Source: Octopus sinensis (Eukaryota). Taken from it: DNA of 22,373 bases. Positions within the stretch are counted from its first letter, which is position 1. Every line of letters begins with the position of its first letter. Position numbers and translations under genes: made by a program. Below are positions 1 to 11,040 of this stretch, piece after piece. The stretch covers positions 1 to 22,373 of the forward strand of contig NW_021836964.1 of assembly GCF_006345805.1 (NCBI RefSeq). Direction: 5' to 3'. The notes under the pieces were generated by a model that was not told where the DNA came from, ran no database searches, and saw nothing but the letters and a program-made list of their open reading frames with translations.

Positions 1-252
1 ATAAAACCCTCACAGCCATCTTTCCAAATCTCGTCACCTTTACTTCATTTCTTGTGAATTCTCGCCAAATCTCATACTTCCGACGGAATCTCGTATCCAC
101 CGATTTTCTTTTCTTTTTTTTTTTTGTTTCGTTTTGTTTTGTCTCTCCTTAAACTCCTTCTTCTTCTTCCTCCTCTTTCCCTTCTGAAGAAGGGAATTTT
201 CTTTTGAAAAACAAAAAGCAGTTTCAAGGAAACTTATTCAATAACAACATAT

Positions 253-448
253 TTGTCAGGTATCCCAGATGAACCAACTTCCCGGCAGGAGGTGCAGATG
301 AGGGCAGCTGCATCGAACTCTCTCATGCACCAAATGGCAGTTGCTAAAAAGCATTCGTGAAATAAAACCATGTAGCAACACCAAATGGTGGTGCCCCAGC
401 ATGGCCACAGCTCGTGAGATGAAACTAGAATCAATCAATCTAATCAAT
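253..448 (+). mobile_element. 3' remnant of a CR1-clade LINE (ORF2 C-terminus, 3' UTR, (AATC)n tail)
   Basis: 253-360 translates LSGIPDEPTSRQEVQMRAAASNSLMHQMAVAKKHS*, matching the LxxIPDEP...RAAxSNSL C-terminal pattern I recall for invertebrate CR1 ORF2. It is followed by GGTGCCCCAGCATGGCC, a short stem-loop, GAAACTAG and aatc repeats. Confidence 0.7.
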
Positions 449-617
449 TAATAAAGAAAAGAAAGAAAACAAACATTGTAATCATTAAAGAAGAAACTAT
501 GGAGAGACAAAAAGACTCTACCGCCCTCACCAAGGAATAGAAAGGAAATGATAAAAGGTGGGGGGTCGGTTAAGCAGAAGAAGATTGGGAGGGAGGAGGA
601 GGAAGGAGAATTGGGCT

Positions 618-900
618 GTACACCCCTGAACAAATGGCATGTTTAGTCGCGCCTTGTGGATATGATTGGAAAATGGTTGCCGTGGAGAATTGGCCAGCGA
701 CTCTCGTTGGTGCAGCCATCCGAACTTCGGCGTTGTGCAAGCTCTCGGAAGGGCCGCCCACGTTAGACAGGTCAAAGGATAGGGGTGAGACTAATATGCC
801 GACCTCTTCTCAGAGAATAGAAATGGGTCCACGTGGAGTTGACATCCCAACGTGGGAAACAGCAGTTGTAGAAGAGTCGATTATAATTCAAAACCAATAA
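618..900 (+). mobile_element. Possible RTE-like LINE 5' UTR remnant
   Basis: GC-balanced island containing CCCACGTTAGACAGGTCAAAGGATAGGGGTGAGACTAA and GGAGTTGACATCCC. Resembles RTE-type 5' UTR motifs from memory only; no ORF support. Confidence 0.3.
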
Positions 901-1018
901 AATTGGGGGAGGGAGAAGGGCTTCCGTTATGAGAACATGAGATGAGATGCAGGAAAATCTGAAAAGAACACGAAGGGATCCAAGTGGGGGGGAAACAGTA
1001 AAAAAAGAAACAAAACCC

Positions 1019-1369
1019 AGCTCAGGAGTGGCTGTGTGGTAAGTAGCTTGCTTACCAACCACATGGCCCCGGGTACAATCCCACTGCGTGACACCTTGGG
1101 CAAGTATCTTTTACTACAGCCTCGGGCCGACCAAAGCCTTGTGAATAGATTTGGTAGACGGAAACTGAAAGAAGCTCGTCGTATATGTATATATATGTAT
1201 ATGTATGTGTGTATATGTTTGTGTGTCTGTGTTTGTCCCCCCAACATCGCTTGACAACCGATGCTTGTGTGTTTACGTTCCCGTCACTTAGCGGTTCAGC
1301 AAAAAAGACCGATAGATAGAATAAGACTAGACTTACAAGTCTTACAAATATGTGTGTTGTATATATATA

Positions 1370-1409
<40 letters not shown>

Positions 1410-1700
1410 TGAATGTGCGCATGTATGTGTATATACGTATGAATATATATAAATACACATATAATATATATAAATATATATATGTATAAATATATGTACA
1501 TGTATATATATATGTATGTATAATGTATACATATATGTATATGTATATTATATATATGTATGTATGTATATATGTATATGTATATATGTATATCTATGTA
1601 AAACTAGGGGGTATATCTATGTAAGACTGGGGGTCGATTTGCTCGACTAATGGCGGTGCTCCAGCATGGCCGCAGTCAAATGGCTGAAATAAATAATAGG
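1019..1700 (+). mobile_element. tRNA-derived SINE, family A (octopus OR/OK-like), interrupted by a TA-rich microsatellite at ~1350-1600
   Basis: A-box-like TGGCTGTGTGGTAAG, B-box-like GGGTACAATCCC, CACCTTGGGCAAGT core, internal TA/TG tract and tail GGCGGTGCTCCAGCATGGCCGCAGTC. Homologous to the copies at 2944, 3698 and 15630. Confidence 0.9.
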
Positions 1701-2011
1701 ACAAAAAGAAATAATCAAACTGAACAAACAGGCCGCATATGTTCGAGAATTTAATCCAGGATGCGTTGAGGGCCGTTTGTGACTAACGAGAGAGCCCACA
1801 TCATATAGCATACAGCTTCTTGAAAGGAACACGAGTTATTTCAGTCCGTGTGTGTATTAGGTTAAGAGAAGTAGTACTCAAAACACAATGTAGTGCTACT
1901 TTTGACAAGGTGTCAGCTGGTGATTCACTCTGAGTAGACACCCACCAGTTGTCTTGGTTGAGAAGAATTGCTGTTATTACAGAGAAACAACAGTTTGCCA
2001 TAACAAATGTT

Positions 2012-2028
2012 TACACACACACACACAC

Positions 2029-2073
<45 letters not shown>

Positions 2074-2340
2074 GTATGTATGTAGGCATATATAACATAT
2101 ATTTGCGTTTATGTATACATGTATATGTAATTATGTATATATATATAGTGTGTATGTATATATATATATATGATGATGTGTGTATGTATGTTATTTATAT
2201 ACACGTATATATATGTATAAATATATGTACATGTATATATATATATATATTATATATGTATATATATGTATATATGTATATGTACATGTATATTATGTGT
2301 GCGTGTAAGTATAATATATATATATGTATATGTATATATG

Positions 2341-2374
<34 letters not shown>

Positions 2375-2597
2375 CATATGTATATATATATATAGATATG
2401 TATATGTATATATATACATATATATATGTGTGTGTGCGTGTGTGTGTGTATGTATGTATGTAAATATATGTATATATATATATATATACATTTATACATT
2501 TATATGTATATATATATTCCCTTATTCTTTCTTATTACGATCTTTCCTTCTCTCTCCCTCTCTCTCTCTCCCTTCTCCCCCATCTCTCTCTCTCCCT
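2012..2597. repeat. Compound (CA)/(TA)/(TATG)/(TG)/(CT) microsatellite
   Basis: Direct reading. Confidence 0.95.
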
Positions 2598-2809
2598 AAA
2601 TCCATCCCATTTTGTAGGAGACTCATTCCTTCCAAGAATGATGACATAACAAAACCTCTCCCACCGCCACCACTACCACCAACGCCACCAACGCCGCCAC
2701 CATCGCTGTCTCCGCCTCCACTGAAAACATCTGAAGGAGAGACGTAAAGAACAGAGTTGTCTTTTCCTGTTTGTTCTCCACTTCATCACCAGCAACGGCC
2801 AACCCCTAC

Positions 2810-3392
2810 GTGGTCACGCAAACTTCTAGAAATAGCAGCCAGTCTACCCCCACCCACCTCACCCCAAAATCACACTCACACAGAAGAAAAAAAACAAACA
2901 AAAGAAACAGGAAAATATACATTGAACAATTTAATCATATATAGGCGCAGGAAGTGGCTGCGTGGTAAGTAGCTTGCTTACCAACCACATGGTTCTGGGT
3001 TCAGTTCCATTGTATGGCAAACTTGGGCAAGTGTCTCTCATAGCCCCGGGCCGACAATGCCTTGTGAGGGGATTGGTAGACGGAAACTGAAAGAAGCCCG
3101 TCGTATATATGTATATATAATGCGTGGGTGTGTTTGTGTGTCTGTGTTTGTCCCCCTACCATTGCTTGACAACCGATGGTGGTTGACGTCCCGTAACTTG
3201 GCGGTTCGGCAAAAGAGACCGATAGAATAAGTACTGGGCTTACAAAGAATAAGTCCCGCAGTCGAATGACTGAAACAAGTAAAAGAGAGTAAAAGAGATT
3301 AATAGCCTTATTTAAAATGGCAGGATGTTCGTGAGTGGAATGTCTTTGATCGTACGCGTGCTGGCTCAGAGCAGCCTAGGGCTAAAAAACCA
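2810..3392 (+). mobile_element. Older degenerate interspersed repeat, apparently split by the SINE at 2944-3298; related piece at ~4101-4135
   Basis: GGATGTTCGTGAGTGGAATGTCTTTGATCGTA (~3323) aligns with GGATGATCACGACTGGAACGTCTTTGACCTTA (~4102). Joining the 2810-2940 part to it is inference. Confidence 0.4.
2944..3298 (+). mobile_element. SINE family A, near full length
   Basis: Head GGCGCAGGAAGTGGCTGCGTGGTAAG, B-box GGGTTCAGTTCC, tail TGACTGAAACAAGTAAAAGAGAGTAAAAGAG. Confidence 0.92.
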
Positions 3393-3434
3393 TGAAATCA
3401 GCAACTAGTTTCTCAACTTCTTATGTCTTACAGG

Positions 3435-3605
3435 TTCCAGTCATTGGAGTGCGGCCATGCTGGGGCACGACCTTGAAGGATTTTGGCCGAAACAAATAGA
3501 CTCCAGTAGTTACTTTTGAGCCCAGTAATTATTCTATCGTTGTCTTTTTCGAACCGTTAAGTTACAGGGTTGTAAACAAACCAAGTCCGGCTGTTTAAGC
3601 GGTGA
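3435..3605 (-). mobile_element. SINE family A, diverged 3' half
   Basis: CAGTCATTGGAGTGCGGCCATGCTGGGGCAC...GAACCGTTAAGTTAC is the reverse complement of the family tail. Confidence 0.8.
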
Positions 3606-3697
3606 GAGAGAGTGAAGCAGGAGCACACACACACACACACACACAACACACACACACACACACGTGTGTATATATGTGTGTATGTGTCTATATATAT

Positions 3698-4098
3698 TAT
3701 TTTATTCTTTTACTTGTTTCTGTCATTTTGACTGTGGCCATGCTGGAGCACCGCCTTGAAGGGTTTTAGTCGAACAAATCGACCCTAGGACTATTTTGTA
3801 AGCCTTGTACTTATTGTATCGGTGTATTTTGCCGAACCGCCAAGTTACGGGGACGTAAACACACCAACACCGGTAATCAAGCGGTGGTGGGAAACAAACA
3901 CAAAGACACACAGACACACACACAAATATATATACGACAGGCTTCTTTCAGTTTCCGCCTACCAAATCAATTCACAAAACTTTGGTCAGCCCGAAGGTAT
4001 AGTAGAAAACACCTGCCCAAGGTGCCACACTGTGGGACTGAACCCGGAGCCATGTGGTTGGGAAGCAAGCTTCTTAACACACAGCCACGTCTTGTGCC
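3698..4098 (-). mobile_element. SINE family A, full length
   Basis: Reverse complement of head (GGGACTGAACCC, ACACAGCCAC), body and tail (GGCCATGCTGGAGCACCGCC). Confidence 0.93.
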
Positions 4099-4508
4099 TG
4101 TGGATGATCACGACTGGAACGTCTTTGACCTTAGAGGCTTGTTAGAGATTCAGTCCGAGAGAAGAAGAGAACGGACGAAAATCCGATGACCATGGTCAAG
4201 AGTGGTGGGGTGAAGGGTAACATTACGGCCGCATTACCAGGGGTCAGGGCGACGTTCTGTATGCTTCCGTCCTTGGGAGGCTGAATTATTGGGAAAGCAG
4301 TTTCCGGGCGATGGAGCGATGAGATCAAAGATTGGATGGACGGGGAGAAGTCCTGGAGGGTTGGGGGTGTTTGGCTGCAACCCGAGACCAAAGTGTGTTG
4401 TGAGGAGTGTTGGTCGTGTCTGAGGCCGCTCCTCGATCGTCAGTCGTAGATGGAGGAGGGAGTATAGCCATTCGTTTATTCGTGTTAGAGGTAATCATCG
4501 GTTTACTC

Positions 4509-6905
4509 CACCACCACCACCACCACCACCACCACCACCGATACCACCTCCACCACCATCAACACCACCACCACTCCCAGCAACAACAACTCCATTACCA
4601 CCGTCATAACCACTACCACCACCACCAACCACCACCACCACCACCTCCACCACCACCACCACCACCAAACACAGCAACAACACTACCCTTCGGCACTGCC
4701 ACCACCATCACCACCACCAACAACAACAACAACATTACCCATCACCACAACCACCAATACCAGTGACATCACGAGCATTATTACCATTAACACAAATATA
4801 CAGAACAACCCGCCACCACCATCACCACCACCACCACCACCACCATCACCATCACCACCACCACCACCACCACCACCACCATCACCATCACCACCACCAC
4901 CACCACCACCACCACCATCACCATCACCACCACCACCACCACCACCACCACCATCACCATCACCACCACCACCACCACCACCACCACCATCACCATCATC
5001 ACCACCGCCACACCACCACCACCACTCACCATCACCACCACCACCACCACCACCACCACCATCACCATCACCACCACCACCACCATCACCTCACCACCAC
5101 CACCACCACCACCACCACCATCACCATCACCCACCACCACCACCAACCACCACCACCACATCACCATCACCACCACCACCACCACCACCACCCCATCCTC
5201 ACCATCACCACCACCACCACCACCACCACACCACCACAATCACCATCACCCCACCACCACCACCACCCACACCATCACCCATCACCACCACCACCACCAC
5301 CACCACCACCATCACCATCACCACCACCACCACCAACCACCACCACCACCACCATCACCACCACCCACCACCACCACCACCACCACCCCCATCACCATCC
5401 AACCACACCACCACCACCACCACCACCATCACCATCACCCCACCACCACCACCATCACCACATCACACCACCACCACCACCACCACCACCATCACATCAC
5501 CCCACCACCACCACCACCACCATCACCATCACCACCACCACCACCACCACACACCATGCACCATCACCATCACCACCACACCATCACCATCACCACCACC
5601 ACCACCACCACACCACCATCACCACCACCACACCACCACCACCACCACCATCACCATCACCCCACCACCACCACCACCACCACCACCATCACCATCACCA
5701 CCACCACCACCCCACCATCACCATCACCACCACCACCACCACCACCACCACCACCACCATCACCATCACCTCACCACACCCACACCACCACCACCACCAC
5801 CACCATCCTCACCACCACCACCACCACCACCACCACCATCACCATCACCACCACCCCACCACCACCACCACCATCACCACCAACCACCATCACCATCACC
5901 ACCACCACCACCACCACCACCACCATCACCATCACCACCACCACCACCATCACCATCACCATCACCACCACCACCACCACCACCAACCACCAACCACCAC
6001 CACCACCACCCACCACCACCACCACCACCATCACCACCACCACCACCACCACCACCACCACCACCATCACCATCACCATCACCACCACCACCACCACCAC
6101 CACCACCACCACCATCACCACCACCCCACACCACCACCACCATCACCATCATCACCATCACCACCACCACCACCACACCCCACCACCATCACACCATCAT
6201 CACACCGCCACCACCACCATCACCACCACCACCATCACCACCACCACCACCACCCCACCCCAACCATCACCATCACCACCACCACCACCATCCACACCAT
6301 CACCACCACCACCACCACCACCACCACCACCACCACACCACCACCACCACCACCACACCACCACCACCACCCCACACCACACCATCACCACCACCACCAT
6401 CACCATCACCACCACCACCACCACCACCACCACCACCACCATCACCATCACCACCACCACCACCACCACCACCCCACCATCACCACCACCATCACCATCA
6501 CCACCACCATCACCATCACCACCACCACCACCAACCACCACCCACCCCACCACCACCACATCACCATCACACCACCACCACCACCACATCACCATCACCA
6601 CCACCACCACCACCACCACCACCCACCACCACCATCACCACCACCACCACCACCACCACCACCACCACCACCATCACCATCACCACCACCACCACCACCA
6701 CCACCACCACCACCACCACCACCACCATCACCACCACCATCACCATCACCACCACCATCACCATCACCACCACCACCACCACCACCACCATCACCACCAC
6801 CACCACCCCACCACCACCACCACCACCACCATCACCATCACCACCACCACCACCACCACCACCATCACCATCACCACCACCGCCACCGCCGCCACCGCCA
6901 TCGCC
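4509..6905. repeat. ~2.4 kb (CAC/CAT)n trinucleotide array with a 36-bp higher-order unit
   Basis: CATCACCAT marker at 4844, 4880, 4916, 4952 and 4988; frequent 1-bp indels further on. Confidence 0.97.
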
Positions 6906-7068
6906 GCTGTGTCTCTAGCGCCGCCACAAAGGAAGAGTAGTGCGTAGAGGGGTGGGGTGGAGGTCGCTTAAGGTACGGCCACATCTGTAATGGGGGGGGG
7001 GACTTCACAGAGATCAGACAACGGTCATCAGGTACAGCGATACAACGATCACCAGATTTTGGTCAGTA

Positions 7069-7490
7069 GATGATGATGATGGCGGTGGTGGTGGTAGTGG
7101 TGGTGGTGGTGGTGGTGGTGGTGGTGGTGGTGGTGGTGATGATGATGGTATTAATGATTGTAGTGGTGGTGGTGGCGGTGGTGGTTATGATGATGATGAT
7201 GGTGATGGTGATGGTTGTGGTGACGGCGGCGGCGGCGGTGTTTATGATGATGATGATGGTGATGGTGATGGTGGTGATGATAATGATGACGGTGATGATG
7301 ATGATGATAATGATGATGGTGGAGGTGATGGTGATAATGATTGTAGTGGTGACGGTGGTGGTGGTGGTGGCAGTGGTGTGGTTATGATAATGTTGATGAT
7401 GATGACGATTATGATGATGGTGGTGATAGTGATGATGCTGATGAAAACGCTGATTATGATAAGGCGGATGATGAAGATGAAGATGACGGT

Positions 7491-7523
<33 letters not shown>

Positions 7524-7595
7524 GGTGGCGGTGGTGCTAGTGGCGGTGGTGCTAGTGGTGGTGGTGGCGGCGGCGATAATGGCGGTAATGGCGAT
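7069..7595. repeat. Degenerate (GGT/GAT/GTT)n trinucleotide tract, inverted relative to 4509-6905
   Basis: Direct reading. Confidence 0.95.
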
Positions 7596-7696
7596 GTTAG
7601 CAGCTGTGGAAAATGCCGGTATTACGCAGTACTTCACAAAAATTACTAACGTTTGAACATCTCCGTCTCTGCTCAAATGAGATTGCGAGTATATGG

Positions 7697-7749
7697 TCTG
7701 TCTGATTGCCTGTCTGTCTGTCTATCTGTCTGTCTGTCTGTCTGTCTAA

Positions 7750-7791
<42 letters not shown>

Positions 7792-7952
7792 GTTTGTCTT
7801 TCTGTCTGTTTGTCTGTTTGTCTGTCTGTCTGCCTGCCTGTCTGTCTGTATGTATGTATGTCTGTCTGTCTGTTTGTCTTACTGTCTGTTTGTCTGTCTG
7901 TTTGTCTGTATGTATATATGTCTGTATGTATGTTTGTATGTATGTATGTATG

Positions 7953-8011
<59 letters not shown>

Positions 8012-8020
8012 TTATGTATT

Positions 8021-8052
<32 letters not shown>

Positions 8053-8094
8053 TGTTTGTATGTATATATATATATGTATGTATTTATGTATATA

Positions 8095-8130
<36 letters not shown>

Positions 8131-8160
8131 TGTGTGTGTACGAATGCATGTATGTATATG
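7697..8160. repeat. (TGTC)n grading into (TATG)n/(TA)n
   Basis: Direct reading. Confidence 0.95.
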
Positions 8161-8204
8161 CATAAATACATACACGAAAAGATAAGGCAATTACAACAAG
8201 CCCG

Positions 8205-8300
8205 GTCGTCATCGATACTTCTTTCATCGACCCCTAAGAGATAAGAGGCAAAGTCGACCTCGGTGGAATTTCACCTCAGAACATGAAGACGGACGAAGTG
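8205..8300 (-). mobile_element. SINE family C fragment (Nin/Deu-like domain)
   Basis: ATCGACCCC...AGGCAAAGTCGACCTCGGTGGAATTT matches 17450-17495. Confidence 0.8.
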
Positions 8301-8489
8301 AAAATGGTTTCAGTATTTATTTCAAAGTTTGGCACCAGACCAATATGTTGAATATTACAAAAACATTTACGTAGATATTCATATCTATATTCGAGAAATC
8401 TGTATACAATGTAGTATCGAACGCATGTAACTTAATATCTAATGTAGATATACGATCTACTCTACTCTCGGACTTTACACAGGCGCGCT

Positions 8490-8533
<44 letters not shown>

Positions 8534-8636
8534 ATATATATATTTATTATATATATATATACTTGGAATGGATGTGTCAACGTTCAACTGAATAATATAA
8601 ATACTACATAATATATATAATTATATATTATATACA

Positions 8637-8715
<79 letters not shown>

Positions 8716-8813
8716 GAGAGAGAGAGAGAGAGGATGGATGATGGAATGGATGGATGGATGGATGATAGATAGATAGATAGATTAGATAGATAGATAGATA
8801 GATATAGATAAAT

Positions 8814-8867
<54 letters not shown>

Positions 8868-8886
8868 AGATATACACATGTATATA
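8490..8886. repeat. Compound (TA)/(GATA)/(GA)/(GGAT) microsatellite with a short unique insert at ~8561-8605
   Basis: Direct reading. Confidence 0.92.
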
Positions 8887-9020
8887 TGGGTACAGGACGT
8901 CACTAACAGTGCAAAAACTATGAAATACGTAAACAACGAGAAAAAATGGAAAACAGGACAATTAAACACAAAGAAAGGACCCTTCATCAGTTGCCGGCTG
9001 TCTATCTGCTCCTCATTTCG
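8887..9020 (-). mobile_element. Microsatellite-embedded repeat fragment related to 10232-10703
   Basis: Shares ordered motifs TGGG-ACA, GGACA, TCwTCAGT, TCCTC and ATTTCG with 10248-10351. Confidence 0.4.
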
Positions 9021-9043
9021 AGAGAGAGAGAGAGAGAGAGAGA

Positions 9044-9232
9044 GTACTGCGAAGCTCTTGAGCGTTTAGGGTTTCGCGAAAGGCCTGGCTTGAGGCTTCA
9101 CCTTCCGAGTTTGCAGGGCGTTGAAAAACTGAAGGACCGCTGCAATAAATGTGAATCTGAGAGGGGAAAATGTTGAATAGAATCATAATTAACTAATTCT
9201 CCCATATTTTCTTTTACCCAAAGCCAGGGAAC
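9044..9232 (+). mobile_element. Mariner-derived MITE retaining the transposase C-terminus
   Basis: 9114-9180 reads QGVEKLKDRCNKC/NLRGENVE* (one frameshift), like the mariner end motif GxxKLxxRWxKCxxxxGxYVE. Reverse-complement homologue of 11041-11220 and 15044-15228. Confidence 0.78.
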
Positions 9233-9485
9233 TGGCTTTGGTATATATATATATATATATATATATGTGTGGTGTGTGTGTGTGTGTGTGTGTGTGTACT
9301 TTTATGTGTACACACACACATATATTTACCGTCCGACGCAGACTAGAAGATCGAAACTGCGAAGTCACTGTCACCCGCGTTCTTCCAAAATTAAATTAAA
9401 CATGTAAAATTATTGAGTCATTCTTCAGTCTCACGTGAAACTGGTTTTTCTTTTAAAAAGTCAACATAAAAAAACAAGCATTAAC

Positions 9486-9486
<1 letters not shown>

Positions 9487-9562
<76 letters not shown>

Positions 9563-9572
9563 CATCTATCTA

Positions 9573-9626
<54 letters not shown>

Positions 9627-9630
9627 TATA
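9487..9630. repeat. (TCTA)n(TC)n(TA)n microsatellite
   Basis: Direct reading. Confidence 0.97.
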
Positions 9631-9667
9631 CGAAAGAAGGTTGAAAATGCAATTTAAAAATGTTTAT

Positions 9668-9712
9668 TTACTTTAACCGGTTTCACTTTCTGGAAAAGAT
9701 TGTCAAAAGTAA
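9668..9712 (-). ncRNA. Second copy of the minimal hammerhead motif (extra U near the cleavage site)
   Basis: Minus strand: TTACTT-TTGACAA-TCTTTTCCAGAAAGT-GAAA-CCGG-TTA-AAGTAA. Confidence 0.5.
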
Positions 9713-10094
9713 CATGTGGAAGTTTGGTTGCGTAATTATTGGTTGTTGCAAATTGCTACATTACATATATATTACAGTCTTGGTAACAGGAACATGTTAA
9801 GGACATAAAAAAGTACAACAGTATGTTGAGAATATAAAGATGTTTAACAAGCTCATTGAAAAAATGGGCAGAAATTAAAACAAATATATTATACATCTCA
9901 GGGTAATTTCCAGGAGGAATTATTAAAAAAGTTCAGTACAGAATATTATGAATTCAAAAAGATTTACATTAATGTAGTGGTGAGGTTGTACTTTTTTATG
10001 TCCTTAACATGTCCCTGTTACCAAAGACTGTATATATATATGTAATGTAGCAATTTGAAAAAACCAATAATTAACGCAACCAAACTTCCACATG

Positions 10095-10139
10095 TTACTT
10101 TTGACAATCTTTTTCCAAAGAGTGAAACCGGTAAAGTAA
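10095..10139 (+). ncRNA. Minimal type I hammerhead ribozyme, U3-A8 core variant
   Basis: Stem I TTACTT (10095-10100)/AAGTAA (10134-10139); core TTGACAA (10101-10107); stem II 10108-10123; GAAA 10124-10127; palindromic CCGG; UA with predicted cut after 10133. Confidence 0.68.
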
Positions 10140-10231
10140 ATAAACATCTTTTAAATTGCATTTTCAAACCTTCTTTCGTATATAATTCCACTCGTGCGAT
10201 ACCCCACAACTCAACTTTGTTATATATATAT

Positions 10232-10703
10232 GTAAAAAAATACAAACTGGGACAAGAACGCAAAACATTTAGAAGCCAATACAAAAAACACGGACGGGAC
10301 ATTCGAAGCCTTCAATCTTCAGTCTAGAAGCGGATCATCCTCGCAATTTCGGCTGATTAATCTTGAGATCGCTCCGATCCGGCCAGCCCCAAGGAAAAAA
10401 CAAAGCTACGAGCATTAGATTTCTTGAAAAAAGGATCGAATGTATCCGAAACAAGGACAGAAAGACGGACGATGCCACACGAATATAAATACAAAAAACA
10501 ATAATTGTAATAACAGGACAAAAGCAGCGGGTGTCTTACGACTATAGACAGTACAACTTAGCTTAGCTGGCGTATTTGGAAAAAAAAACCTTTTTTGGCA
10601 GACGAAGAAAACGATGTTCATACCTCTGGATATCCTGTTGCTTATTTTGATTATAATCACCCCATTTTGAATTATATAGATAATACCATACCAAATTTTA
10701 ACT
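10232..10703 (-). mobile_element. Unclassified (TA)n-embedded interspersed repeat
   Basis: Bounded by TA tracts; minus strand has CGAAAT...GAGGA...ACTGAAGA as in 8887-9020. Confidence 0.4.
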
Positions 10704-10716
10704 TATATGTATATTA

Positions 10717-10754
<38 letters not shown>

Positions 10755-10904
10755 GATTGAGTAGTTGAATGAATTGTCTTATTATGGATAATTCGGTTAA
10801 CCGATACCTGGGTAGCAAATTCACATCGAAAATAAAGGAATTTTGTTAATTCGTCGTTCAACTCCCTTCTTTCTTTTATATTATATATATGTATATATAA
10901 ATGG

Positions 10905-10972
<68 letters not shown>

Positions 10973-11040
10973 TATATATATGCATATATATATATATATA
11001 GACATTTTGTGTTTTGTGGTGTGTGTGGTGTGCTGTTGTA

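Larger units (their letters stand above)
9631..10178. mobile_element. Foldback element with ~190-bp inverted arms (9631-9819 / 9985-10178) and a 165-bp spacer; Penelope pseudo-LTR-like
   Basis: Arms are reverse complements with scattered differences and TATA flanks on both sides; each arm contains a hammerhead fold followed by AATAAA. Confidence 0.8.

Noticed and set aside
634-900. 88-aa ORF as a gene
   Set aside because: No recognisable domain or splice context.
2007-2747. 246-aa ORF and the other YI/VC/LS-repeat ORFs
   Set aside because: Microsatellite artefacts.
4763-6940. 725-aa His/Pro/Thr-rich ORF and the overlapping 463-aa ORF
   Set aside because: (CAC/CAT)n cannot generate stops, and composition flips between H, T and P at random indels. 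A His- or Gly-rich structural protein is not supported without transcripts.
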